A stretch of 63,963 bases of DNA, filler included, from Octopus bimaculoides (Eukaryota): NCBI RefSeq assembly GCF_001194135.2. It is 10 parts of 8 records of this genome, joined end to end, with 100 filler letters (N's around TTAATTAATTAA, not from the genome) between each part and the next. Parts side by side here need not be neighbours in the genome. Positions count along the whole stretch, not along the records: positions 49,523 to 54,397 come from NC_068982.1; positions 54,498 to 62,810 come from NC_068981.1; positions 62,911 to 63,963 come from NW_026347136.1; 7 more parts are not named here. The stretch is one strand, 5' to 3'. The notes under the pieces are model-generated. The model made no database searches, was not told where the DNA came from, and worked only from the letters and a program-made list of their open reading frames with translations. Positions 52,791 through 63,963 of this stretch are shown here, in pieces. Numbering within the stretch: the first letter of the stretch is position 1; the number at the start of each line of letters is the position of its first letter. The position numbers and the translations under genes were made by a program.

Positions 52791-54397
52791 ACATACATAG
52801 ATTAATTATTATGTTTTTTTTTATGGACTTCAGGTAAAGCATTCACAAAGATATTCATTAACTTTATATATTCTTCGGTTGTTCACAAGCTAGAAAGTTT
52901 GCATTTGTAGAAAATGACCACACAAAAGTTGGGCTCTCAAATGTTTTATTAGCCTGCATCGTTGTTTCACAAATGCACTTTTAATAAATTAATGAATCAA
53001 TCTTCAATGAACACAACGTTTAGGAGTCATGTGTATATAACTTGCTGGATAATATAATGAAGATGGTACAGGGGAATTAAGAATTGAATACAATTAATAT
53101 GCGTTACTGGACATTACATGTAAAGGTTATTGCAGTGTTATTTAAAAGAAAACCTCGTTGCAAGAAACAACATAGACTCCTTTAGACGGTTAAGTAGTTC
53201 ACTGGAATTTGATATATTATATATGCTTTTATTGCTGTTAACCATCATTCTAGAATCTTCAGCCAAAATATTCGGCGGAAAACATCGCTTACCTCTTTTG
53301 AAGATTACTGCCTGAGTCATTACAAGACAGCCAGCGATGATTCGTTGAGCCATATTCATGCAGGCTTTAATACTTTCTATGGTTATACTTTCTCTTTAAT
53401 GGACCAATATCTGTTTCATAACTGGCAACATTTGAGAACTATGTCCTGCTTTAAATTAAAAAACATTTAAAAGCCTATGCAGAAAGGCTATGAAACTTGT
53501 TACAACCATTTGGCTCAAATGAGAAATTGGTTATCATCGAAATCGAGTTGACGCCTACCGCTACTTCCATCATGTATATATGTGTCTGTATGTCAGCTCT
53601 GTTTTTACAGAAGCTAATACCGCAAACTTTGTCTCTAAATGTAAATTAAAACTTTATCATTTCTAATTTCCTAATTAAATATAATACGCGAAGCGCTGTC
53701 TATAGTCGTTATAGTGGTTCTTTGTTTGAAATTGAGACTTTGCATATACAAATGAATGCTTTCTGTTTCCATCATGATATTGACGAAGATTCGTAGTAAA
53801 AATGTAATGTTTAGTGTATTTTTTCATTTTTTCGTACACCATGTTATTATTCAATTTAATTAGTATGTCACTAATAGGTTTCTTAGCATCCACTTCCTTA
53901 CATTTTTGAGTCGTAGACAGAGCTTCATACACTTTTATTCATTTATTTAATACTGAGATATTAATTTACTACTACACTTTCATTTACGTCTTACTCCTCT
54001 AATTAGAAAAATACAGAGTTAGTGTGATATGTAAATGTTTTTGCTTTAAACATTTTTTCCTTCGCTCTACTTAAGCACTTTTTAACGCAAAGAAAGAATT
54101 TCAATGAAAGCAAAAAAATTCGCAATTTTTTCATTCATCTAAGTAATTTTCTTAGGTAGCAATTCTCATTCATTCATTTGCAGAATGTCGACACACGCAT
54201 GTAATTTATAGACAATATAGTTACACTTTAGTAGACATTCAAAGCAGGAATTGTTTCAATTACACTCTCACACAAACACGTAGACAAATTTTTTCCTTGT
54301 GCATATGTGCATTTCTGAACTCACAAATATACGTGTGAGTGTGTATGGATGTATGTATGTATGTATGTATGTATGTATGTATGTATGCATATATATA

Positions 54398-54497
54398 NNN
54401 NNNNNNNNNNNNNNNNNNNNNNNNNNNNNNNNNNNNNNNNNTTAATTAATTAANNNNNNNNNNNNNNNNNNNNNNNNNNNNNNNNNNNNNNNNNNNN
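54398..54497. other. Artificial contig-joining linker 8
   Basis: 44N + TTAATTAATTAA (54442-54453) + 44N. Confidence 0.97.
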
Positions 54498-54509
54498 GGG
54501 CTTATGAAG

Positions 54510-54590
54510 GAGGGTTGACGATGAAGGGGGAAGGGGGGTTGACGATGAAGGGGGAAGGGGGTTGACGATGAAGGGGGAAGGGGAAGATGG
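54510..54590. repeat. G-rich 23-24-bp minisatellite (gggttgacgatgaagggggaagg) x3
   Basis: Direct periodicity visible. Confidence 0.85.
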
Positions 54591-56055
54591 ATATAAGAGA
54601 GGGGCAAGGTGGGTATGGGAGGAGGGAGAAAGCGAGGAGAGAGAAAGAGAAGAAGAGAGAGAGAGAGTAAGAGAGAAGAGAGAAAGAGTAGGGGTGAATA
54701 AAAGTATTATTATTAGTGTAAAATCCTGATTCTGTATCTATTTAGCGTCCAAAGCACACAATTCTACAATATCTTGCTTAAAAACGCTAGAGATCTACAG
54801 AAGATGTGAATGTGTTGAGAAAAGCCCACCTGAGTATTTTTCCATTTGAGATGCAAGAGAAACTTTACATCACAGCAAGAAAGACAAATATGAGTGACTA
54901 TATCCAATTTATTCATTAAGCAAAACCGACAAATGAAATAAGGGTACAATTAACACTGATAGCCCCAGGATAGTCACACTCAATGATTGGAACAAGTAAA
55001 AGAGTGAAAGTGGATGTATGTGTATGTGTGTGTGTGTTATATGTCAAATTACATTACATGCAATGAGGGTCAAGGTTGAATTTGTGCCTAATCTCCAATG
55101 TTAAGTGCTGGAATGTGATACCTGCCTAAACGAAGATAGGCTGTGAGCAATGTTTCAATCATGCTGATATAATATGTGAAATAGAACAAAAGGATAGACA
55201 CGTATCAAGTCAGTTTATAACATATTTATACTTAGAAATGATATATTGAAGAGAAGTACAACTATACATAAAATAAAAATGTATTGCAACAAGTCAAAGA
55301 AATCTGGAAAGTAAAAAGTTTGTCAAAGTTCAGATGTAGATAGTTACATTCCAGGATATGATAGAAAGGAAGTTCATAGTGTTGATGAGACAAAGTTTGC
55401 TAACTCGATCAATAGTGCTACAGATAAAAATTTTGGAATTAACAGAAAAAAGAGGTGTGCAGGTAGTTCTTTACATCTGTTTCTGGAATAGTCGCATGTT
55501 TGATGCATATATCTGCATGTTACCTACACTACCAAAATCTAGTGATAACTTATTCCATCGTCAGAAGAATAATGGTTAGAAAAAGGTTAGAAAAAAAGAG
55601 AGGCTGATATATCAAGGGTCTAAACTTAAATTTGCCTTTTATCTTTCTGTGGTCAGTTGGTTAATAAAATAATGAGCCAATCAAGCACTAAGGTCAAATT
55701 AATCGATCGTATTATCCTAAAACTGTGTAACCATGTGCCAATTTAAAAAATCAATAATTGATTTTGTTTTGATATTGATTATTTCAAAAGTCCAAGAAAA
55801 TTATTCACAAAGTCTTTATATATATTTTTTGTTTCCTTTACGTTCAAGTTGCCATCGTTGCTGCTGCTGCTGCTGTTGTTGTTGTTGTTGTTGTTGTTCT
55901 GGTTACTGTTGTTTTTGTTATTGCTGTTTGGCCCAAGGTCATCAAACAAAACCGAGACTGCTAAAGATGATGACTTTAACGATGATGCTGGTGCTAACGA
56001 TGATGCTGATAGCAACGACGACGATGATGATGACAATGACAATGATGATGATGAC

Positions 56056-56088
<33 letters not shown>

Positions 56089-56465
56089 GGTGGATTTGGT
56101 GGTGGTGGTGGTGCTGCTGCTGATGGTGGTGGTTGTGGTGGTAGTGGTGNNNNNNNNNNNNNNNNNNNNNNNNNNNNNNNNNNNNNNNNNNNNNNNNNNN
56201 CATTTTATAATCAATTATTGAAAAGTACCCAAATCTTAAACAGCAACAACATCTTCAGCAACAAGTAAACGTGTTATTCACAAATAAAATATTAAAAATT
56301 CTTCTATTTCTCTGTTTTTCTATATTTTTCAGTCTATAATTTAATATTTTCCAATATTTTATTTCAAGTGAACAGGAAAATAAGAAGTATTTTAGCACAA
56401 AATTTTATTAAAGAAACACCACTTCAAATTTTTTTCCAAATACAGATGCATGTATGTGTGTGTGC

Positions 56466-56500
<35 letters not shown>

Positions 56501-56719
56501 TGTGTCTGTGTGTGTATGTGTGTGTTTATACGTGTATGGTTGTAAATATATTTCAAGTACATCTCATGCATTTTGAAAAATGTTTGTGTTCATATATGTA
56601 TGTGTGTGTGCATATGCGTGTGTATGCATATGTGTGAGTGTGTATAAAAGTGTCTATGTATATATATATATATGCATGTATATAAGTATATATATATATG
56701 TACATGTATATATATATAA

Positions 56720-56819
<100 letters not shown>

Positions 56820-57466
56820 CTGTGTGTGTGTGTGTGTATGTAAGTAGATATATACACACACATACACACGCACACACACATTTATAAAAGTATGTATATT
56901 GATTGAATTTATATAGACTTCCCTGCCATAAGCTTTTTCGACCATTAGCTCTGTACATCAGCAGTCACAAACTAATTTGCTTCAGGGTCATATTTTTTAC
57001 AGTTAGAATTTTATGTCTGTATCCAAGTGTGCTAATCTTTGATTTGCGTATTGTTTGCATGTTCAGTTTGGCATTGTATTCTAATATGAATGGCTCCCAT
57101 AATTAATCTTCTATTTCTTGTGGGGAATTTTAATAAAACATGTAAATTTTCACCTTTAATATTTCTCAAAAATTCTTTAGTGGTGTTTGATATAAAGTTT
57201 TGCAATAGATCCTTCTTCTAAATGTTTGATAATTCCCCAACAGAGTGTTCTACTAGTATATCCAATGTAATAGTTAGAGTCCTGAAGTTTGCAACTTTCA
57301 AATTTATAATTTAGGCACAGGCGTGGTTGTGTGGTAAGATGATTGCCTTATCACCACATAATTCCAGATTCAGTCCCACTGCATGACATTTTGTCTTCTG
57401 CTATAGCTTTGGGCTGACCAAAGACTTGTGAGTGGATTTGGTTGATGGGAACTGAAAGAAGATCAT

Positions 57467-57959
57467 TGTCTCCCTTGTTAGTCATTAGAAAAATGCTCTC
57501 ACATGGCTAAGAGGTGTTTGACTCTTATTTCTAACAATACCAGTGCTGACTAGCACCCTCCGCCACTTTAGTGACGGCTAAGCTTATTGCCTTTTGGTTG
57601 TAAATTGCAAATAGCCATCTTAATAATTTATAATTCTCACTTCACCATTTTCGGAACCAATTAATGTTTCCTATGGTGTTCTCTATAAGACTGACAAGGT
57701 GTGTTATTTAACCCTTGGCATCAGAGTAATGAGTCACTGATGAAGAGTAATCAACTCTGAAATCAGTGCTGATATGATTCCACCTAGCTTGCCATAGGGA
57801 GTGTGTGTCCCTTGTTAATCCTTAGGAAAGGCTCTCATGTGGCTAAGAGTTGTTTTGCCTCTTATTTCTAACAATGTTGGTACTGACTAGCACCTTCCAT
57901 CGCTTTAGTGACTTTACTTGTTGCCCTTCGGTTGTAAATTGCGAATAGTCACCTGAATA

Positions 57960-57965
<6 letters not shown>
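57467..57965 (+). mobile_element. Partial tandem repeat A-B-A' (period ~335 bp) carrying a hammerhead; PLE pLTR / non-LTR retrozyme-like
   Basis: 57471-57632 aligns with 57808-57965 (clearly diverged); ends in (TA)n; inserted at the internal microsatellite position of a family A SINE. Confidence 0.72.
57731..57780 (+). ncRNA. Type I hammerhead ribozyme, complete canonical core
   Basis: Stem I GAGTCA/TGATTC (6 bp, one G-U); CTGATGA; stem II AGAGT-AATCA-ACTCT; GAAA; stem III (A)TCAG-TG-CTGA(T); triplet AUA; predicted cleavage after 57774. Confidence 0.85.
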
Positions 57966-58001
<36 letters not shown>

Positions 58002-58254
58002 TGGTAAAGTTCAGAGAGTAACTACCTTTGTTTGTTAGTAACAAAGCGCCTTACCCTCAGAATGAAAAGCAGATTGCATGATACCTGTGTATGAACAACT
58101 ATGCTACACACACACACACACACACATATATATNNNNNNNNNNNNNNNNNNNNNNNNNNNNNNNNNNNNNNNNNNNNNNNNNNNNNNNNNNNNNNNNNNA
58201 GGTGTATAAACAAGCAACATGTGTATTAGTTTGATACCCAGGAAGATGAGAAAG

Positions 58255-58292
58255 TCTTTTATGTTTCGAGCCTACGCTCTTCAACAGAAAGG
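58255..58292 (-). ncRNA. Hammerhead-like motif, CUGUUGA family, mutated stem III
   Basis: CCTTT-CTGTTGA-A-GAGC-GTAG-GCTC-GAAA-CAT-A-AAAGA. Confidence 0.5.
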
Positions 58293-58512
58293 AACACGAG
58301 GAAATAAACAGAGGGAGAATAAAAAAAAACTTGTGGATATATATATATGTATGCTTAACACATTTCAACACTGTAAAAAAAAAATTATATTTTTTTAAAA
58401 TACCATAATAACAAATGTGAAAACCAGACCATGTTTTAACTTTATTCAGCTGATATATTATTCTATACACATTCAAACAAATTCAGAAAAAAATATATAT
58501 GTATATATACAC

Positions 58513-61023
58513 TAGGGTAATGACTTTTTAAACTTTTACTAATATTGAACATGACCAGGGCGACTTGCTATGATAAATGATGAGAAAACAGTGACTAGCG
58601 ATTCATTTTCTTTTTTAAACTTTCAAAAACCTCCCCCACCAACTAATATTTCTATTTTCGAATGTGTCACACTTGCATTGCCTTAGTCAAACTCACATCA
58701 CGTTTGGAATTAGTGCTTCACACAATTTTTATTAGATTTAAAGGAGTTTATGACAGAAGTTACTTTCTGGCCAAATGCCAAGAACGATATATACAGTTGT
58801 AAAAGTTGTGTCACATCTTGAGTAGTATTATTTGTCGTTGAGACAATGCATGAATGCATTATTCTTTCTATTACAGATATTAAAATATACTGCTTTAATC
58901 AGTGAAATAAAAGCATCAATCATGTCACTTAAGCAGTCGAGTCAAGCAGTTGCAGCAAACGGAAAAAAGTGGTAAAAAATATGACTAACTTTGAAAAGTC
59001 TGTTAAAAAGCGAAGAATAATACCGAATGTGGAACGTTAATTGGCTGAACTAACTAGAATCCCCAGAAAATCCAAAATCATTGGAAGGTATAACGCATTA
59101 GCAAAAGTTAAAAAATCCAGACATGCAAGAAATCAACTCATTGCTCAAGAACTAGAGAATCTATGGGAAAAAATTGATTTTCCGTGTATAACATTACAGT
59201 CTATTGTAAAAAAAAGTAAATGCTTTGCTGACAGGGTACGAAACCCATTTGAAATGTCTGAAACCAGATCAAAATTTTGAAGATTTGTTTGGACACTACT
59301 AATCAACATGGCAGCTGGTTATCTAAAGAAGACAAAGACTTTTACAGTACACAAATTCAAAGTGGCGGTATAACTGGCTACACCACGTCTCGGTTAGCTA
59401 TGGTTCATCCTTCAAAGCGAACACCTTCCTTGTCAAGACTGTCAGTTTCAACTTCCCAAGCGTTTCTCCCATATGCTGAAGCAGGTAAAGTAGCGTGATT
59501 AAAAAATTCTCAAATATTACATAATTTTTTTTGTATGCATTGATGTCACTCACTAATATGTACGCAACTTCTTGCAGATACATCGTCATCATCATGAGAA
59601 ACCTCCTACTTCTGATTCTGCAGATGAAATCACATTACCAATAGATGAACAAGTTGGCACCTCTAAACAACATCACTCAACTAAGGAGGCAATGAACTTG
59701 TTGAAAAAAATAGAATTTAAGCAGTCATAAAGCAGCTAATGTCTGCAAACAGCTGAGAGAGGAAGGAGTACTTCTTCCCACTCTATCACAGCCAGGGGTG
59801 TACAAAGCTGCTATGAGAGAGGCTGCAAAGATGAAGCAGGAGCTAAACGAAACTTTAAAAAGATGACCAGTGGGTGCTCCATTTTCGATGGAAAGATTAT
59901 GAAGGGTAAAGAAAGAGAAGTTGTGAAAAACAACACAAGAGAAGTAAAATTAGCAGGACTAACTCTGAAGAATGGCAGAGCAGATACCATTTTTCAAGGA
60001 CTAAAAGAAGTTTTGGATGATTACGAATTGTGTCCAGCAATCAAAATGATCATCAGAGACACATGTAGTGTAAATACAGGAAAGCATACTGGAGTGGCCA
60101 TTCAACTGCAGAACGAATTTGTAAAGCGTGGATATCCTACACCTCAATACATCGGTTGCCAATATCATGTGTTAGACTGCCTCCTAAAACATGTGATGGG
60201 TGATACATGAAAGGAAAACTGCATCATCAAATATATCATATCCGTTCATAGACGATTTAATAAAGTCTATGAAGATTTGGTGGCAGAATGGAAATAATGC
60301 AAAGCAAAACTTGAAATGAATGATAATCCAAGTTGAAAGGATGATCTTAAGTTTTTATTTGAACTTGGTCATGCTTTCCGATTTTATCAGCAACAAACCA
60401 TTTTCAAAGAAATCGAGTTTAGAAAACTTCCTAGACTTAGCAATGCACGTTGGAATTCACGAGCAATCTTGGTCACCTTCACATACAGGCTTCTACCACA
60501 AAGTAGAGAAAAACTCTACGACGTGTGTTGTTTTATCAGCGGAAACTGGATGGAAATGTGGTTTTGTGACCAAAGCTTTGACAGCATGGCCTATCAGAAA
60601 CTTTCAGAAGTAGCTTATGGATATACTTAAAGCAAGAGAATGTTTGAAAGTTAATTGGAATCTTGAAGAATCAGTAATTCAAGATGTTCGGCGTTCAAAC
60701 ATGTGCTGAACGTGCAGTAAAAATAATGGAGGAGTTAGATTGCAAGTCTTCTGAAAAATTAAATCTGTGATTTGTTTTAACCAACAAGGGTCTTTGAAAA
60801 CTGCTGTTGTATTAGGCTGCACTTATTACATTAACAATGCATAAGAGTACGTCTTATTACTTGAACAATATATGCATGTCTGTAGTAAAAGTGTTGTCGA
60901 ATATATTGCCATCGGTGGGGGTGGGGTGTCAAAGAAAGAAATGATTGATTTTTTCGTCATTATACCATAAAGTTCACCTTCAAGTACCTTGGCCCTACTC
61001 AACTTGAAAAAATCATCACCCTA
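58513..61023 (+). mobile_element. Full-length degenerate hAT-superfamily (hATm-like) DNA transposon, ~2.5 kb
   Basis: TIRs TAGGGTAATGACTTTTTAAACTT vs TAGGGTGATGATTTTTTCAAGTT (19/23); flanks ATATACAC (58505-58512) and ATACTCAC (61024-61031) match 6/8, consistent with an 8-bp TSD. Confidence 0.85.
59040..60790 (+). pseudogene. hATm-like transposase, multiply frameshifted, probable intron 59485-59577
   Basis: Fragments FDGK, DTCSVNTG (DTTxxNTG-like), CQYHVLD (CxxH), KLPRLSNARWNSRAI, SNMCAERAVKIMEE. Confidence 0.8.
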
Positions 61024-61070
61024 ATACTCACAGACACACACACACACACACACAAAACACACACACACAC

Positions 61071-61105
<35 letters not shown>

Positions 61106-62593
61106 GTACATTTTTGTGCCTGTATTTGTCCCCCATTGCTTCTCGACAACCGGTGTTGGTGTGTTTACATCCCTGTAACTTAGTGGTTCGGCAAAAGAGA
61201 NNNNNNNNNNNNNNNNNNNNNNNNNNNNNNNNNNNNNNNNNNNNNNNNNNNNNNNNNNNNNNNNNNNNNNNNNNNNNNNNNNNNNNNNNNNNNNNNNNNN
61301 NNNNNNNNNNNNNNNNNNNNNNNNNNNNNNNNNNNNNNNNNNNNNNNNNNNNNNNNNNNNNNNNNNNNNNNNNNNNNNNNNNNNNNNNNNNNNNNNNNNN
61401 NNNNNNNNNNNNNNNNNNNNNNNNNNNNNNNNNNNNNNNNNNNNNNNNNNNNNNNNNNNNNNNNNNNNNNNNNNNNNNNNNNNNNNNNNNNNNNNNNNNN
61501 NNNNNNNNNNNNNNNNNNNNNNNNNNNNNNNNNNNNNNNNNNNNNNNNNNNNNNNNNNNNNNNNNNNNNNNNNNNNNNNNNNNNNNNNNNNNNNNNNNNN
61601 NNNNNNNNNNNNNNNNNNNNNNNNNNNNNNNNNNNNNNNNNNNNNNNNNNNNNNNNNNNNNNNNNNNNNNNNNNNNNNNNNNNNNNNNNNNNNNNNNNNN
61701 NNNNNNNNNNNNNNNNNNNNNNNNNNNNNNNNNNNNNNNNNNNNNNNNNNNNNNNNNNNNNNNNNNNNNNNNNNNNNNNNNNNNNNNNNNNNNNNNNNNN
61801 NNNNNNNNNNNNNNNNNNNNNNNNNNNNNNNNNNNNNNNNNNNNNNNNNNNNNNNNNNNNNNNNNNNNNNNNNNNNNNNNNNNNNNNNNNNNNNNNNNNN
61901 NNNNNNNNNNNNNNNNNNNNNNNNNNNNNNNNNNNNNNNNNNNNNNNNNTATATATATATATATATATGCCACTAAAGTGAACAAGAACACTAAAATTGC
62001 GAATTAGCCACCCATATTATTTATATATATCGTTGCTATTATGCAAAAGTGTCGTAAGGCCAAAACGTTGCTTTTTCAGAAAACGAAAGTATAGTTTCAC
62101 CATTCTATAGTAAAACCGTTGTACTACACTTACGACAATTTTTGATATCTTGGCATCTGAAGCAGCTGGAGATACGATAGTTTGACCAAAAGAATCGGCT
62201 ATTGCAATCAAAAATAAATATTGAAAAAAAAACGCATTTGACCAAATTTGGAATACGACAGTTTAACATAATACCAACGATATATATACATATATATATG
62301 ATGTGTTGTGAATTTATGGAAAGAAATCCCATAAAACTCAACAATTCAGTTAGAAATGGAGAAGAGAAGATGTTAAAATGTATAAGAGAATTTTAATTCA
62401 TGCAGACGACCGTTTCGTACAGAGATATAAAATTTACGCCTGTAATCTACCAGCAGAATATGAAGAATCAATATTAGAAATCTTTTTTGTGAAACCTCCA
62501 AATTAAAGGACGAATCTAAATTCAACCTTTTTAGGCCTATATACATATATACATACGCTATATACATACATACATACATACATACATACATAC

Positions 62594-62810
62594 ATCATCA
62601 TCATCATCATCATCGTTTAACGTCCGCTTTCCATGCTAGCATGGGTTGGACGATTTGACTGAGGACTGGTGAAACCGGATGGCAACACCAGGCTCCAGTC
62701 TGATTTGGCAGAGTTTCTACAGCTGGATGCCCTTCCTAACGCCAACCACTCAGAGAGTGTAGTGGGTGCTTTTACGTGTCACCCGCACGAAAACGGCCAC
62801 GCTCGAAATG
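62594..62810 (-). mobile_element. SINE family C young copy truncated at linker
   Basis: Near-identical to 806-1046. Confidence 0.85.
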
Positions 62811-62910
62811 NNNNNNNNNNNNNNNNNNNNNNNNNNNNNNNNNNNNNNNNNNNNTTAATTAATTAANNNNNNNNNNNNNNNNNNNNNNNNNNNNNNNNNN
62901 NNNNNNNNNN
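62811..62910. other. Artificial contig-joining linker 9
   Basis: 44N + TTAATTAATTAA (62855-62866) + 44N. Confidence 0.97.
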
Positions 62911-62989
62911 TGCTTCAATACCGCCTGCACATTTAGAACTTGATCATTTATAAAATTCATTTTGATCCTTTACTTTTCTTTTCTTCTAC

Positions 62990-63720
62990 TGATTTCTCAT
63001 CTCTTTCCTCTTCTTCTTCTTTAACTTCTACTTCCACTTCAACTTCATCTCAATTTCCTCTTCCTTCTCTTCCTTGTCCTTCTTCTTCTTCTTCTTCTTC
63101 TTCTTCTTCTTCTTCTTCTTTTTCTTCTTCTTCTTCTTCTTCTTCTTCTTCTTCTTCTTCTTCTTCTTCTTCCTTATATTTTTCTTCATATTATCCTTCT
63201 TCTTTCCACTCTTCTTCACTTTCTTCTTCTTCATTTTCTTCCTCTACTTCCAATCACACTCTTTCTTCTCCTTCCCATCTCTTTATTTCTGTTCATCAAT
63301 TTAGTTTTCTTCTCCATCTACATATTCTCCTTCATCGTTTTCATATTCTTCTTCCTCTACTTATTCTCTTTATTGTTGTTCCTTTCATTGTTGTTTTTCT
63401 TCTACCTTTCTCCTTTTTCTTTCTCTTCTCCTACTTCGTATCTTCCTGCTCTTCGTCTTCCTTTTCTTCTTCTTCTTTGTTCATTTCTATTTGCTCATGT
63501 TTATCTTCTATTTCTTCTATTTTTCGTCATCTTCATATTTTCCTTAAACTCTTTCATATTCTCGTTCTTACCATTCTTCTTCATTTTCTTCTCCTTCATT
63601 ATCAATTTCTTCGTCCCCCATCATCATTACCGACATCATTCTTTTTCTCAGCCGTCAACATTGTCAAGTTCATCTTCAACCTTATCATTAACTTCATTCA
63701 TTGCCACAGAGTACCGCAAT
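62990..63720. repeat. (TTC)n and degenerate pyrimidine-rich low-complexity tract
   Basis: Pure (TTC)n at ~63075-63170 decaying into TTC/TCA-rich sequence. Confidence 0.9.
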
Positions 63721-63963
63721 AAGTTCACTTCATCATCAAATTTATTCATTACAAAAGACTAACGCGGTCAGTTGCACAAACTTGAACGACATCATCATCA
63801 TTATCAATTTCAACAGAACAGTAATCAACTCTTCGTGTCTCCTATAGTCTAAGTCCTTACTCGAAATATGTTATATGATGCCACAAATCTGTCCCATAAA
63901 AGTTCATTTCATCTCAATTTTATGTTCCAGGGATTTGAGGTATAATAATCTCAATGAAATCAA

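Noticed and set aside
62940-63762. Ser/Phe/Lys-rich ORFs
   Set aside because: (TTC)n low-complexity tract.

Overview
This window is not one contiguous locus. It is ten genomic segments joined by nine identical artificial 100-bp linkers (44 N + TTAATTAATTAA + 44 N, stops in all six frames), with additional ordinary N gaps inside the segments. The DNA is AT-rich, microsatellite-saturated animal sequence. The interspersed repeats look like those of Octopus (inference from my recollection of the repeat families, not from a search). I could not identify any intact host protein-coding gene; nearly all listed ORFs are microsatellite or gap artefacts. The real coding remnants are all transposon-derived: a Tx1/L1-like LINE, several R4/Dong-like RLE LINE pieces, a CR1/L2-like RT, a mariner deletion derivative, a Tc1 3' end, a Penelope-like GIY-YIG tail, and an apparently full-length degenerate hATm-like DNA transposon with TIRs, a near-matching 8-bp TSD and a probable intron. 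At least four SINE families are present in many copies. The main finding is about seven minimal type I hammerhead ribozyme motifs from several unrelated short repeat families, most with palindromic stem III. The best one (57731-57780) has a complete core and sits inside a ~335-bp partial tandem repeat, as in Penelope-like pLTRs or non-LTR retrozymes. Secondary findings are R4-like LINE insertions at (ACAT)n microsatellites and a Tx1-like LINE fused to a SINE head.
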